Assembly: GCA_043228905.1 (NCBI GenBank)
Contig: JBHGNT010000010.1
Location: forward strand, 11,222,001 to 11,286,000
Direction of reading: 5' to 3'
Origin: Azolla caroliniana
Lineage: Eukaryota > Plantae > Polypodiophyta
DNA: 64,000 nt
Shown here: positions 33,180-44,810 of the stretch, in pieces
Numbering within the stretch: the stretch's first letter is position 1
Layout of the letters: each line of letters starts with the position of its first letter
Made by a program: the position numbers and the translations under genes
Notes under the pieces: generated by a model
The model's database searches: none
The model's input: only the letters and a program-made list of their open reading frames with translations
Told to the model about the DNA's origin: nothing

Positions 33180-33185
33180 AAATAG

Positions 33186-33557
33186 TGTTGTATGTATGGC
33201 TGGACTAGCCGCAACACAGGTGTCTATCCGACACTTCTCCAAAGGGGTGGTAGGGATAGGATGTTAATACACGCGTATGATAATTACACTTAAGCACAGA
33301 CGAAGACAAGATGAATCAGCATAAGCAAAACTATATTAATTCTTCGTGCTTTCATTACAAAACATCGGATCCTTTTTATAGGCATCCGGCCAGATTACAA
33401 TCGGTGCTCGGTAGGCAACCGTTAACCGAAACCGAATCGGTTCGGATCCGGATCGGTTACAACTACCGGATCCGTCCCTCCTAATAATTCTATTCCTATT
33501 TCTATATTTATCCGATCCGACCTTGCTTTCCCATTTGCCTTCTCTGACCGGCCAACA
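33186..33557 (-). repeat. B 5' LTR
   Basis: Identical by eye to 23449-23820. Confidence 0.96.
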
Positions 33558-33562
33558 CCAGG

Positions 33563-36500
33563 AACCGGCTTAAAGCCTTTGCGTTATTTGGTGTTGGTGC
33601 CTCGAGAATCGCCTTGACTTTATCCGGATCTACCGCGATTCCTTCCTTACTCACCACGTGCCCTAGTAAGTTGCCGCTTGCCACTCCAAAGATGCACTTG
33701 GCCGGGTTCAGACTCAACCGGTACTCGCGGCACTTCTCCAAGCACAACCGGAGGTGATCGAGATGCTCTCCGTGCCGGCTGTAGACCGCGAAATCGTCAA
33801 GGAAGACCTGCATAAAACCGGGGATATATTCCCCGAAAATTTCCATTATTATCCTTTGAAAGGTCGCTGGAGCCGTCTTTAGTCCGAACATCATCACGAC
33901 CGCGACGAACACTCCCCATTCCGTAACGAACGCTGTCTTCTCCTGGTCGGCCGGGTTCATTCATATTTGGTTGTAGCCGCTAAATCCATCCAGGAAGCTG
34001 TAAACTTCGTGGCCGGCTATCGCATATAACACCCCGTCCGTAAATGGTAGTGGAAACGCATCGGTCACTGTTGCGGCATTTAGTTTGCGATAGTCCACGC
34101 ATACCCGGATTTTGCCGTTCTTTTTCGGGACCACCACTATCGGACTCAGCCAGGTTGCCTGCTTGACCGGTCAGATAAATCCGACCCGGAGGAGCTTATC
34201 AATTTCCTCCTTCACCTTCGCCGCATAATTCGGATTCATCCGGTACCTGCGTTGAGCGATCGGTTTCGCGTCCGTACTTAGGTGAATTTGGTGCTGATAG
34301 AGCTGGGGGTCCAGCCCTCACATGTCTTCGTACGACCACGCGAACACATCCTTGAAGTCTGTTAATAATGCTACCATTGCCTTCTTTTCTTCCTTCGGCA
34401 ATTCCTTTGCGACATTTACCGGTCGGGGCTTGTCTGTTGTGCCGAGGTCCACCTCCTCTAGTTGGGATGCTTTTACCCTCTGGGATATCGTCATTTCCCT
34501 CTCTAGGGATTCCTGCGCTTGTCGTAGTTCCCGGATTGCCGCTTGGTCCGGTTCGTCCGGCGTCGTAATGTACGGTTCTACTACCGCCGTGATATCCACC
34601 TCAAATAGTGGGACGATTCGTGGGTGTTCCTCGAGGTACCGCTCGACTTCCTCGTCTAGTAATCCCTCCAACATGTTGATGCTTTTCGCATACAATGGAG
34701 TTGCTTCCTTACTGGCGATCACCCGTGGTTGCGTCGTTACTCGTACCTTTGTTTTCCCTCGCCGGAATGTGATCATGTTCTTTTGCCAGTTCTGCTTGAT
34801 ATGCGTCGTTCGCAGCCATGGTCGTCCTAGCAGTAGGGGGTACGTGCCTTGTACATTCAGCTGCAGCACCACGGCCGATATCCGGAATACGTGGCCTCCG
34901 ATCGTTACTTCCAAATCCCGGATAAGCCCGGTCGGTGGGACTGAGCTGGTATCCGCCATGCGTAACCAGAAGGGGCATGGTTCCCATTCCCGGATGCCCA
35001 GGTTATCGCATGTCTGTCAACTGATGACATTTACCCCGGAGCCTTCGTCAATAATCGTTCCAGCAATTTCCTTTCCTTTCACGATTGCCGTGATCGCCGG
35101 GCTACTTGTATCGACCACCGCCGGTCCTTCCTCCGGGTTGGAGAAGAATGCCGGTGCTGGCGTCGGCTTCGGTTTGCTCACAGATGCCTGTAAGTCTGCC
35201 GTAAACCGTGGCACCAACTGTAGTAGCCTTGCTAACGGTAGCACGATTTGACAGTCCTGTAGCGCTTGCCACGTCGGGTTTTCTCCTAGCTGTATGATTT
35301 CTTCGTCTTTTGGCATATTTTGGTCTCTTACTTCTGCCGCATTCTGTTCATTGGCCTCCTTGATCCATTGCGCCGCTTGTTTTCTGATTGCCTCTTGGGC
35401 TTCCAACTCGGCGGTCTTTCCCTTTGACCGGGTTGTGACCTGCTGTACTTCTGTTATTTCGGCTATAACCATGTTGACTACCGGCTTCTTGTCATTGGTT
35501 TTGCTTGGGCATTGGTTACTATAATGACCTTCCTTACGGCAGTAATAACAGTACACCTTGTGACTGTTGCTCGTTTCTCCTTTGTCCCCGGTTTGGAGGG
35601 TGGGTATGCTTCGGCGGTCGTTTTCGGTTATCCGGTTATCCGGTACCGATACCGGGTTGTCATTCCTTGCTGCCTCCCGACGTTCCTCTCTTCGAAAAAA
35701 TCCATGCTTCTGATTCCGTCGGAAATTTCGGTTCCCTTGTCGCCTCTCTTCTCTGCGTCGTTCGTATTCCGGGGATTCGTCTCGGTCGTACCGGTCCCGG
35801 GGGTAGCTATCTCTGCGTTTCTCCTCTCGGTCATAGTTATCGTGTCTTCTATCAGCGTATCTGTTACCGCGTTCGCGTTGGTAGTGGTCGTCTCTCCGGA
35901 ATCGATCCTCATCCGGGTTCTGATTGCGCGGTTCTATGTGTCGAACCGGTGCTGCCTGCCGATTTAACAGGTTATATTCGCATCGGTCCGTTGTATGGGC
36001 TCGAGAGTTGCAGATCATACATTGTGTCCGCAGGGTGCAGTCTACTGTTGAGTGGCCCGAATTTAGGCATGTTGTGCATTGTAAGGCCTGTCGGAACCTC
36101 AGGTCTTCCTCCTTCGGGAGTGCCTGGTGTAACATCCCCATCGACAAGAAGGAGCTAGTCTTGTCCATTTCTAAGACCTGATCAATAATTTGGTCCATTG
36201 TGCTGGTGTGGAAATCAAGGACTCCGCACATTGTTCGAAGTGGCTCTTTCAGCGCAGCCAAAAAGACTGCTTTGGCTTCGTCTTCGGGTGGTGCTCTCGT
36301 CAGTTGGCTATGCAGGGTCTGAAACCGAATGATGAATTGTGGCACAGTCTCGTTCTCTTCCTGCCGGGTGGTGTAGAACTGCCCGACCAATTCCCTTTGC
36401 TCAACTTGTCTGTGAAAAAGCCTGAGGAATTTGGCCTTCAAGGCATCGAATGTGGCAAAGCTGCCCGGTAAGTGCTTTGCGTGCCATCGGGCCGCCGGTC

Positions 36501-37338
36501 CTTCTAAGGTCATGCCGAATTTGGCAACTTTGGATCGTTCGGCTTCGGGTTCCGTCAGTCTTTGGGAGACATGGTTGGCTTCCCATGTTTGGAGGAATGC
36601 GTACACGTGTGCCTCCGCGTCGGGCTCATCCCGGTACTTTGGGTATGGGTACGGCATCGTGTCGTTCAACTGACTCTCCTGCTTTCTCCGCTCTCTGTCC
36701 GCTGTTGGCGTCGGTGTGAGAACCTTTGGTTTCTCCGCGGTTGGTGCTGGTATCCGCTCCTTCAGTTCCTCCGCGGGTGTTGCCGGTGTTCGGTCCTTTG
36801 GTTCCTCCGCGGGTGTTGTCGGTATCCGCTCCTTCGGTTCCTTCGCGGGTGTTGTCGGTATCCGCTCCTTCGGTTCCTTCGCGGGTGTTGCCGGTATCCG
36901 GTCAGCCTCCCTCGGCGATCGCCGGTCACCGAACTCCAAGGTTATTTCTTCCTCTGGCTCCGGTGTTACTGAGTCTTCCGACCCCTCTTCCCTTGGGTCG
37001 TTTGGTGTGTCGTGGCTGCTTTTATACCAGGACGCAACGCTTCCGTCGCTTTCCGACTCCGCCTCAAGTGTTGTGAATGCTTCCGAGTCCCCGTCGCCCC
37101 AGGCGAGCGTCTATAGTATCGTTTCCGCCTCTTGCAGGCTTGTTATGCTACTGCCTTCGTCGGGGACTTGCAGAACCCGGAACTGCAGTGCTTCTTCTGC
37201 GACTCTCCGAAGAGTTCTGGAGAATGACCGATCTCGCCGGATCTCGTCGACGGCTTGCTGCTGGGCTTCCCGTCGTTGCTCTCGTTCGGTGTATCGTCTC
37301 CCTCGTTCGGTGATGTGGTCGTCGTTTGGTCTAGACAT
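33563..37338 (-). pseudogene. A gag, PR and RT (5' part of gag-pol), disrupted
   Basis: MSRPNDDH start, MPYPYPKY capsid, 3 CCHC knuckles, FLDD; stops and frameshifts near 37111, 35017 and 34318. Confidence 0.93.
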
Positions 37339-37390
37339 CCATCCCCCGGTTGTCCTCTGCACTTTGCAGGAATCGTGGTCGCCAAAATAG

Positions 37391-37779
37391 TGTTATCTGC
37401 CTGGCCGGACTAGCCTCAACATAGGTGTCTATCCGACACTTCTCCAAAGGGGTGGTAAGGATTGGATGCTAGGTTACACGCGTAAGATGATTACAATTAA
37501 GCACAGACGGTAAACAATACGAAGATACAGATAAACACGCAATAATTACTTTTGTATTACTTTCGTCAAAACCTTTACAAATCATCGGATCCTTTTATAG
37601 GCATCGGCAAGGTTACAATCAGTGCGCTTAGGCAACCGGCATCCGAATCGGTCCGGATCCGGATCGGTACAATTGTACCGGATCCGTCCCTCCGAATAAT
37701 AATTCTACTATTATTTACTTCCTATTATCCGATCCGACTCCGCCTTCCCACTTGTCCTTGCTCTTCTGACCGGTCAACA
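37391..37779 (-). repeat. A 5' LTR
   Basis: Direct repeat of 17541-17930. Confidence 0.95.
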
Positions 37780-37784
37780 GGTGC

Positions 37785-39460
37785 ATCACTATGCGTACAT
37801 GATCAAAGTAGCGGAAGTGCGTGAGCCAGAGAGCTACGAAGAAGCGGCACAGGACAAATTGGCGTGCCGCTATGGAGGAAGAAATGCGGGCACTCAATGC
37901 CAACGACACATGGGACCTCATTGACCCTCCCCAACACTGTAAACCGATCGGTTGCAAATGGGTGTACAAGGTAAAGTACAATGTCGACGGTTCGGTTAAC
38001 CGGTACAAAGCCCGATTAGTGGCAAAGGGATACGCATAGACCCACAGACTCGACTACGATGAGACCTTCGCTCCGGTAGCGAAGATGACGACGGTTCGTG
38101 TGGTACTGGCGGTTGCTGCGGCAAGGGGGTGGAATCTTCACCAAATGGACATGAAGAATGCATTTCTTCAAGGTGATCTTGAAGAACGGGTCTATATGAT
38201 CCAACCTCCCAGTTTTTAGTCGGACATGAACAAGTCGGCGGTGTGTCAACTTAAGAAGTCGCTTTACGATCTGAAACAAGCCCCTCAAGCTTGGAATGCA
38301 AAGATCACGCACCGGTTGCGTAAGATGGGGTTTGTGACCTCTAAATCCGACTCGTCATTGTTCATCTGGCAAGTTCCGGACGGTCCGGTTTGCATCCTAC
38401 TTTATGTTGATGATTTAGTCATCACCATACCTGGACTCAATGAAATTAGCCGAGTAAAGTCCCAGCTGTCAGACGCATTTGAAATGAAGGACCTGGGGGA
38501 GCTTCATTATTTTCTTGGGATCGAGGTGAGCCGAACCCCCGACGACATAGTGCTCTCACAACAACACTATGTGTTGAATATGTTGTACAAGTTTGGCATG
38601 ACGGAATGTCGACTTGTCTCCACATCCCTGGATTGGAACCAGAAGCTTAGTCCCAACTTCGGACCAACCTGCGATGAGAAACGGTTTCGAAAAATTGTCG
38701 GAAGCCTGATATACTTGACAATCACCCGGCCTGACATCAGTTATCCGCTCGGTGTGATCAACCAATTCATGCAGAAACCAACCGTGGAGCACCTTCAGTG
38801 TGTGCATCGAATATTGCAGTATGTGAGCGGCACGAAGGACCGGGGACTGTTATACCGGCATGGTATAACTGAAGAGATAGTCGGATATACAGATGCCGAC
38901 TGGGCCGGTGATGCATCGGATCGCCAATCCACCTCCGGTTACATGTTTTCTCTAGGTAGTAGCGTGGATGTTGCGTGGAGTAGCAAACAATAGCCAACAG
39001 TGGATCTGTCAAGCACTGAGGCTGAGTATCGGGGCGCTACCAATGCCACCTGTGAAGCCATCTGGCTTCGGCGACTACTGCAAGACCTGTGGATTGAGGT
39101 ATTGACCCCGATCCTGACCTATTGTGACAACATGAGCAACATTCAACTCACTAAGAACCCCGTGTTCCATGCTCGGACAAAGCACATAGAAGTGCATTAT
39201 CACTTCGTGCGTGAGTGGGTTTTGAGTGGTGAAGTTGAACTTCGGTATGTTCAGACGGATCGGCAAGTTGCCGATATCTTCACCAAACTGCTCGGATCAG
39301 ACAAGTTGCAACACTTCACCAAAATGCTTGGTGTTCAACATCTCAACGTGCCGCACTTGAGGGGGAGAAAAGGAAAGGGAACGGATGGCACCAGACAAGG
39401 AGCTGGAGAGCAAGAAAGAACCAACAAAGGGAGAGACAAGAGGAAAAAGGAAGTCGAGTA
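37785..39460 (+). pseudogene. C1 Copia RT and RNase H with a charged C-terminal extension
   Basis: GCKWVYK..YKARLVAKGY, LHQMD, LKQAP, LLYVDD, YTDADWAG, SSTEAEY, HARTKHIEVHYHF, ADIFTK. Confidence 0.95.
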
Positions 39461-39940
39461 GACGAAGGAAGTTGGCACATCCGAACAAGTCGAAACAAGT
39501 GGCAGCGGCGACAGAGTCAAGAAGGACAGAGCCGACCGGAAGAAAAAGGCCAAGACCCGGACGTGGTCCGATGTGGTGAAGGGCCTGAAACTGGAAGACG
39601 AGTTGGAGAACACCGACTCAGACAAGAGATAGAACGAATTGATGGAATCCGATTCAGTTCAAGATTCGAAGAAGACGGATCAACTAAAGGCCAAACGGAC
39701 ACAGACACAGCGGAAGTCGACGTCAACACGAAGGAACCGATGGGTCGACAACCGCCGGAGTCGCAATAGCGAGGGAGCTGCCGACTGAGGAGGTCGAGGC
39801 GCGCATTACCGGACGGGTCGTGGGAAGTGGAACCGGACCAGACAAGGAGTGCGAGCAAGGCGTGACGACGCTAGAAGGAGTCAGGTAGAAGGATCGACTG
39901 CCACAGACACTAACACCATGATCCGACCTCAACGTGAGCT

Positions 39941-39950
39941 TGAGGGGGAG
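39941..39950 (+). promoter_or_regulatory. C1 polypurine tract (TGAGGGGGAG)
   Basis: Immediately 5' of the 3' LTR. Confidence 0.9.
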
Positions 39951-40370
39951 TGTTGAGCGAGCAAGCTCAAACGGATTCAGATCGGTTGAATAAGCCTGAG
40001 CCGGATTGGTATCCGGAAACAACCGGCCGGATCAGGGAGACGGATCGGAGAGCCGGATTCGAGCAGGAACCGGAAGCCTAGTAGTAGCCTAGACTACTAG
40101 GTAATCATTGTCTCGTAGTTAGTGTCAGTCGCACGTATGAGCATTGAAGTACCTGTTAGTACTTCTGTTAGTCCTTTATGGACTTGTATAAATAATGTTG
40201 TTTCGCAAGTTGTATGTATAGAGTTTTAGAGTTATTTTTGAATCTACGTTTACATTCTGCTCTCTCTATATCTCCCGGGTATTAAGCTTCTCTGTTAAAC
40301 CATCATCTTATTCTCTGTTGCTATCCGGCTGAGCCGGTTTGTCTAACGCTTCCGCACGATAACATTTACA
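39951..40370 (+). repeat. C1 3' LTR
   Basis: Direct repeat of 14336-14744, followed by TSD CATAT. Confidence 0.95.
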
Positions 40371-41039
40371 CATATCATGCTTCGAATTCATCTCGCACTT
40401 TGCCACCGTCATTTGTCATTAACCGCACACTCGCACAACGTCATCATTTTGCACACTCGCATATCTACGTCGTTGTCGTTACTCGCACATTTTCACCATT
40501 TCTTACATCTTGCGCCGTCACATATTCTTCTTGAACTTCTTCCTCAAAGGGGGTTCGTCGTTGTGGTTGTCAAAAGGTGTTGTAGGTTTTAGGGTTAGGG
40601 TTAGTGATAATTATGATAAAGATAGACATGGTGAGTGTGATGATAGCAATGGAGATGGTGATCGGTGTGGGATGTGCATTGAGAAGCACTGCGGGGTGGG
40701 GGGTGGTGCCTAAAATGGCTCCACCCCCCTCCCAAGGGGGTTCAACGTTAAGGGGGAGAGAGGGGGAGAAAGATGTCAAAGAGAGAGAGAGAGAGAGAGA
40801 GAAATGATCATTGTATTCATTCATTCCCCATAAGGGGTTAAATAGGTACAAAGGGGTAGATCCACAAGGGTGCAAGCCCCTTTGGCATTCACACCTAGTC
40901 ACTCACTCACACCTCTTTGTATCTACCACACTCACACTTACATTCACACTCATAATCGTATAAAATCACACATACATGTCCACACATTACATCTTTCACC
41001 CTCACTTATCACACTTATCAATCACCCGTACATCTCGTA

Positions 41040-41337
41040 CGGTAACAACTGGTGCATCTTGGATGACCAAGATGCGTAGTTGCTCCTGTCGAGCTTCTTA
41101 GTTGGTAGTGAGCTTCCCATTCCTCTGTCCATATTGTTGTCTTATCCTTTCCGAAAACAATAACTTAACCTTTTCTTTATCGCAAGTTTTTCTGTCGGCT
41201 GTAGAGGAGTCTCAACCCTCGTGCTCTAATACCATGAAAAAGAATACGTGTGCGGAAGCGTATGCGTAATACACAGAGTACACAATTCAGAAGTACGACA
41301 GTTCGGTAAAAGCACAGAAATCAAAGAGAAGGAGAGG

Positions 41338-41381
<44 letters not shown>

Positions 41382-41580
41382 AGAAAACATAACTATATTC
41401 AAAAATAATTCTCTGTCTGTCTACATGTATATACTTCGTGCTCAATGAGCACCTTTTTATACAAGCCCTGACTATTGGGCTGACAGAAGTACTTACAGTA
41501 CCTGACCTCTCATAAATGAGCATCCTACACTTACCCCCAAAATTATTCCTTGTGAGGAATAACATTCTTACAGCCTCTCC
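41040..41580 (-). mobile_element. Copia 5' fragment (C1 family): LTR part, PBS and gag start
   Basis: PBS TGGTATTAGAGC at 41223-41234; MGSSLPTKKLDRSNYASW gag start; the LTR contains an (AG)n run. Confidence 0.8.
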
Positions 41581-41639
41581 GTTTACATACTGCTACGCCC
41601 ATATTTTGTGTACGGTTTTACGAACCCAAGTCTACGCAC

Positions 41640-41870
41640 CCAATGTTGAGCTTGTCTCTCAACAGCTAGTAATCGAGAAGAAGCTCGAAGTTCACAAGAT
41701 CGACACTGAGATGAACATCGCCGATTGCTTGACGAAGCCACTCCCACATCATCACTTCGGAGCACTGAGGACAAAGATGGGACTACAACAAGCGACCGAG
41801 CAGAAGAAAGCCGAACAAGGAGGAGAAGGTAAGTTGATCCAACCAGCTCAGACCAGTCGACCTGGATGAC
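41640..41870 (+). pseudogene. Copia RNase H C-terminal fragment
   Basis: LEVHKIDTEMNIADCLTKPL..FGALRTKMGL. Confidence 0.75.
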
Positions 41871-41999
41871 CAACCAAATCAAGTTAGATACCAACTTTAC
41901 CTTTGCAGGTCAAAAAACAATGATTGTTTCTCCCTTGTGCAAATAACTGTCCGGATCTGCCCGTACCTTTGAGCTAGAACACCAAGGCAAATCTACACC

Positions 42000-42085
42000 A
42001 TTTCATCCTCGTCCACTGTAACATTGATGGACCCCAAGGCGTCAAAGATTTCATTTATCTTCGTGGTGTAGTTGGTCACCGTTGT
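42000..42085 (-). pseudogene. Copia gag fragment (C1 family)
   Basis: TVTNYTTKINEIFDALGSINVTVDEDE, matching C1 gag. Confidence 0.65.
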
Positions 42086-43719
42086 CGTGAAGATCCGTCT
42101 CTATGTGCGGATCGTGAGGCGGAACCGCCAGGGTTTTGGACCGAAAGGACTCGAAGCACCCACTAGCTTTAGCGAGAAAAGATTTAAGATAGTTTGAGGG
42201 AGAGAGATTGAGATGGCGAGAGAGAGATAGAGAGTGAGAGAGATAAGATTGTACTTTTAACTTTAGATTCGAGAGACAAGATATATCATGAATTGGAGAA
42301 CAAATTTTTCTTCTTCTTAAATTCTTGAACCATACATAACATACCTTTGATCCTTTTCATCCATCCTTGCATATGAGGGTACACGACATGCACACAATAC
42401 ATGTGATGCATGTTTGCCATTTGGCGCTCATGCATCACATCTCACTCAATCAAGCTCTAATATGAGAATTTACATGTAAACACCGTTGTCAGATTCGTCC
42501 AAAACACATAGTGATATGCATTTGGCTACATCCATTCGTTAAGTCATACAACTTAACCTTTCTATGCTCCACACATAGACACAAAGATAATAGCTTTTGC
42601 TCTGCCTTTTATATGGTGGGATCCTTATTTGTCCTATCTATGTGGGATATCACATATTTTTCTCTTCTTCTTTGCAAACTTCATACCCACATAACTTGAC
42701 ACTTAGATGTCTGTTTCCTACGTAGTAAAGTACATTCAGAAGCTCTTCAAGACCTCCATCTTTTTGCACCAAGATATTAAACTTATTTAAAATAGTATCT
42801 TTACTATTATTGTTTTTTATTTCATGAGAAGAACCACACTCGATTTCATATGTTCCTTACAAGTTTCACACTATCGCCGAAAATCTTCATAACACCGTCA
42901 TATCCCTATATCGGATATTGTTGAGCTCTTGATGGAGCTGCAACTTCCGGGCAGTGGTACTCACGACAAGAATCTTTTCAGATTTTCCCACGCCTCCTTC
43001 GGTGTCTTTGCATCCCAAATGTAGCCCAACATTTGATCATGCACACAGGATGCAAGGCAGTACAAAACTCTACTTGCCGCCTGCTCCCACGCTAGAAAGT
43101 CCTTGTGTGTCTATTCTGGTGCTACTTCATTTTCTCTGTGGATGTAACTCCAATAGCCATGCCCGAGGAAGTACTGGTGCATCTTGTCCTCCCAAGACAC
43201 ATAGTTGCTTCTATCCAACTTCTCTGTTCGAAGAGCACCAATGTTATGGGCAAGACCATATCCCATGGTAAGTTTTACCATAGTATTCTATACAAGTGGA
43301 TAAGTGTGAGGGTTAAACGAGAGTGTAAAGAAGGGAAGGATTAATTTTAACTCATTAGGCCAAGTGTGAACTTGCCTGGGGGCCTTAGTTCTAGCTATAA
43401 ATATGAGGTTTAGTTACCCTCATTGGAGACATGATCAACTACGTCGAGACTTTGCCATTGTAGTGGGTCAACTCTTCTAGCGAGCACGCCAGCACCAAGT
43501 ATGACTCAACACCACAAGGGTGGTATGGGACGTCGATCAAGGCTCGAGTCCGTCTCGATCCCTTTGCTCGGGGATGGTCAGGTGGATCTGCACCCTTCTT
43601 TCTCTCTCTCCTTTCTTATTTATCTATCTTTATTATCCTTATCATATGCTTACATTAGTAGCTAGCTCTAACAACCACCCATTCCTCTGTCCATTTTCTT
43701 CTTGTCCGTTCTAGTCTGG

Positions 43720-44216
43720 GGATTAGGGTTTTTGTCTGTGTTGAATGCTTGTTGGCAGCACAGGATTCTCATCCCTCGTGCTTTGATACCATGAAAATTT
43801 TTAAGTGCCAAAGCTTAAGATAGAACACAACCAGCTCGGTCGGACAACAATAGAGAAAGCACAAAGAAACAATGGAGAGAAAAAACACAGTACGTGGGAG
43901 AGACAGAGAGAGCAAAAGACTAAAACTCAATTAAAAAATAAAATGTTCTCTGTACATATGAATGTGTTCAGAGAGCACTTTTATACAAGTCCTTAAAAGG
44001 ACTGACAGAAGTACTGACAAGTACTTCAATGCTCATAACTGAGCTACCAACACTAATTCCCAAAATTATAACTACCTAATATACTAGGAGCGCATGCCTC
44101 TAACGACCTACCGGCTCACCTATCCGATTTGGGCCTAGCTGATCGATTGGTCTTCATCCGATCTAGCTCTCGGCTTATTCAGCCGATCCGACCCACGTTG
44201 AGCTTGCTTCTCAACA
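43720..44216 (-). mobile_element. Copia 5' LTR (43792-44216) with PBS (43780-43791); internal part lost
   Basis: TGTTGAGAAGCAAGCTCAAC start on the minus strand; TGGTATCAAAGC PBS; similar to the LTR at 51219-51691. Confidence 0.82.
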
Positions 44217-44219
44217 ATA

Positions 44220-44564
44220 TTGCATACATAATACTTAATCTTGATCACCCCCAAGAGACAAAAAAAAGCCAAGCCTCCTTCCAACATACGTAATACTTAA
44301 ATCTTCATCACCCCCAACGAAAAAAAGAAGAAGCCAGACCTCCTTCTTGCATACATAATACTTAATCTTCATCAGCCCGACCTCCTTCTTGCATACATAA
44401 TACTTAATCTTCATCATCCCGACCTCCTTCTTGCATACATAATACTTAATCTTCATCACCCCCAACAGACAAAAAAAAAGCCAGGCCTCCTTACAACATT
44501 TACATAATACTTAATCTTCATCATCGCCAACAAACAAAAAGAAAAGCCAAACCTCTTTCCAACT
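44220..44564. repeat. Minisatellite with mixed 39-bp and ~60-bp units
   Basis: Core CATACATAATACTTAATCTTCATCA repeated 6 times. Confidence 0.9.
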
Positions 44565-44810
44565 TCACCCATACACATGACAATCAATGTGTATGTATGT
44601 ATGTATGTATGTATGTATTCGGACACACGCAGCAAAGTAAGTAATTAAATAAAGTAGAAACACCCCATTCATTCCTTTCTATTTTGCTTGCTTGCCTGCC
44701 TCCCCTCCCCTCCCCTCCCCTGCGAGAGACCTCTGCTCTGTGCAGGCAACGAACAGACATATACATATACATATACATATACATATGTATGTACATAGAT
44801 AGATAGAGCC

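Larger units (their letters stand above)
23449..33557 (-). mobile_element. Intact Ty3/Gypsy non-chromovirus element B nested in A (same family, same orientation)
   Basis: 372-bp LTRs 23449-23820 and 33186-33557 that look identical; perfect TSD CCAGG; two uninterrupted ORFs. Confidence 0.97.
17541..37779 (-). mobile_element. Ty3/Gypsy non-chromovirus element A (degenerate), inserted between INT and RT of C1
   Basis: LTRs 17541-17930 and 37391-37779 (about 8 differences by eye); TSD GGCGC/GGTGC; Copia reading frame YMA|HHYAY resumes across the insertion. Confidence 0.95.
14336..40370 (+). mobile_element. Full-length degenerate Ty1/Copia element C1 (host of Gypsy A and B)
   Basis: LTRs 14336-14744 and 39951-40370 (TG..CA), TSD CATAT on both sides, Met-i PBS, PPT, gag-PR-INT-RT-RH domain order. 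Confidence 0.96.

Noticed and set aside
33134-33217. ORF-track N-terminal extension of Gag-Pol (MLRLVQPY...), also called at 23480
   Set aside because: It starts at a non-ATG codon inside the LTR and runs across the PBS; the conserved ATG is at 33133 (A 37338, D 61978)
30132-36972. Many long plus-strand ORFs antisense to gag-pol
   Set aside because: Shadow frames of GC-rich coding sequence; boundaries are not conserved between A, B and D
40588-40604. TTTAGGGTTAGGGTTAG telomere-like repeat
   Set aside because: Only ~2.5 units; common as a telo-box-like or chance motif
44220-44564. CRISPR-like array
   Set aside because: Eukaryotic context, spacers are homologous to one another, and there are no cas genes
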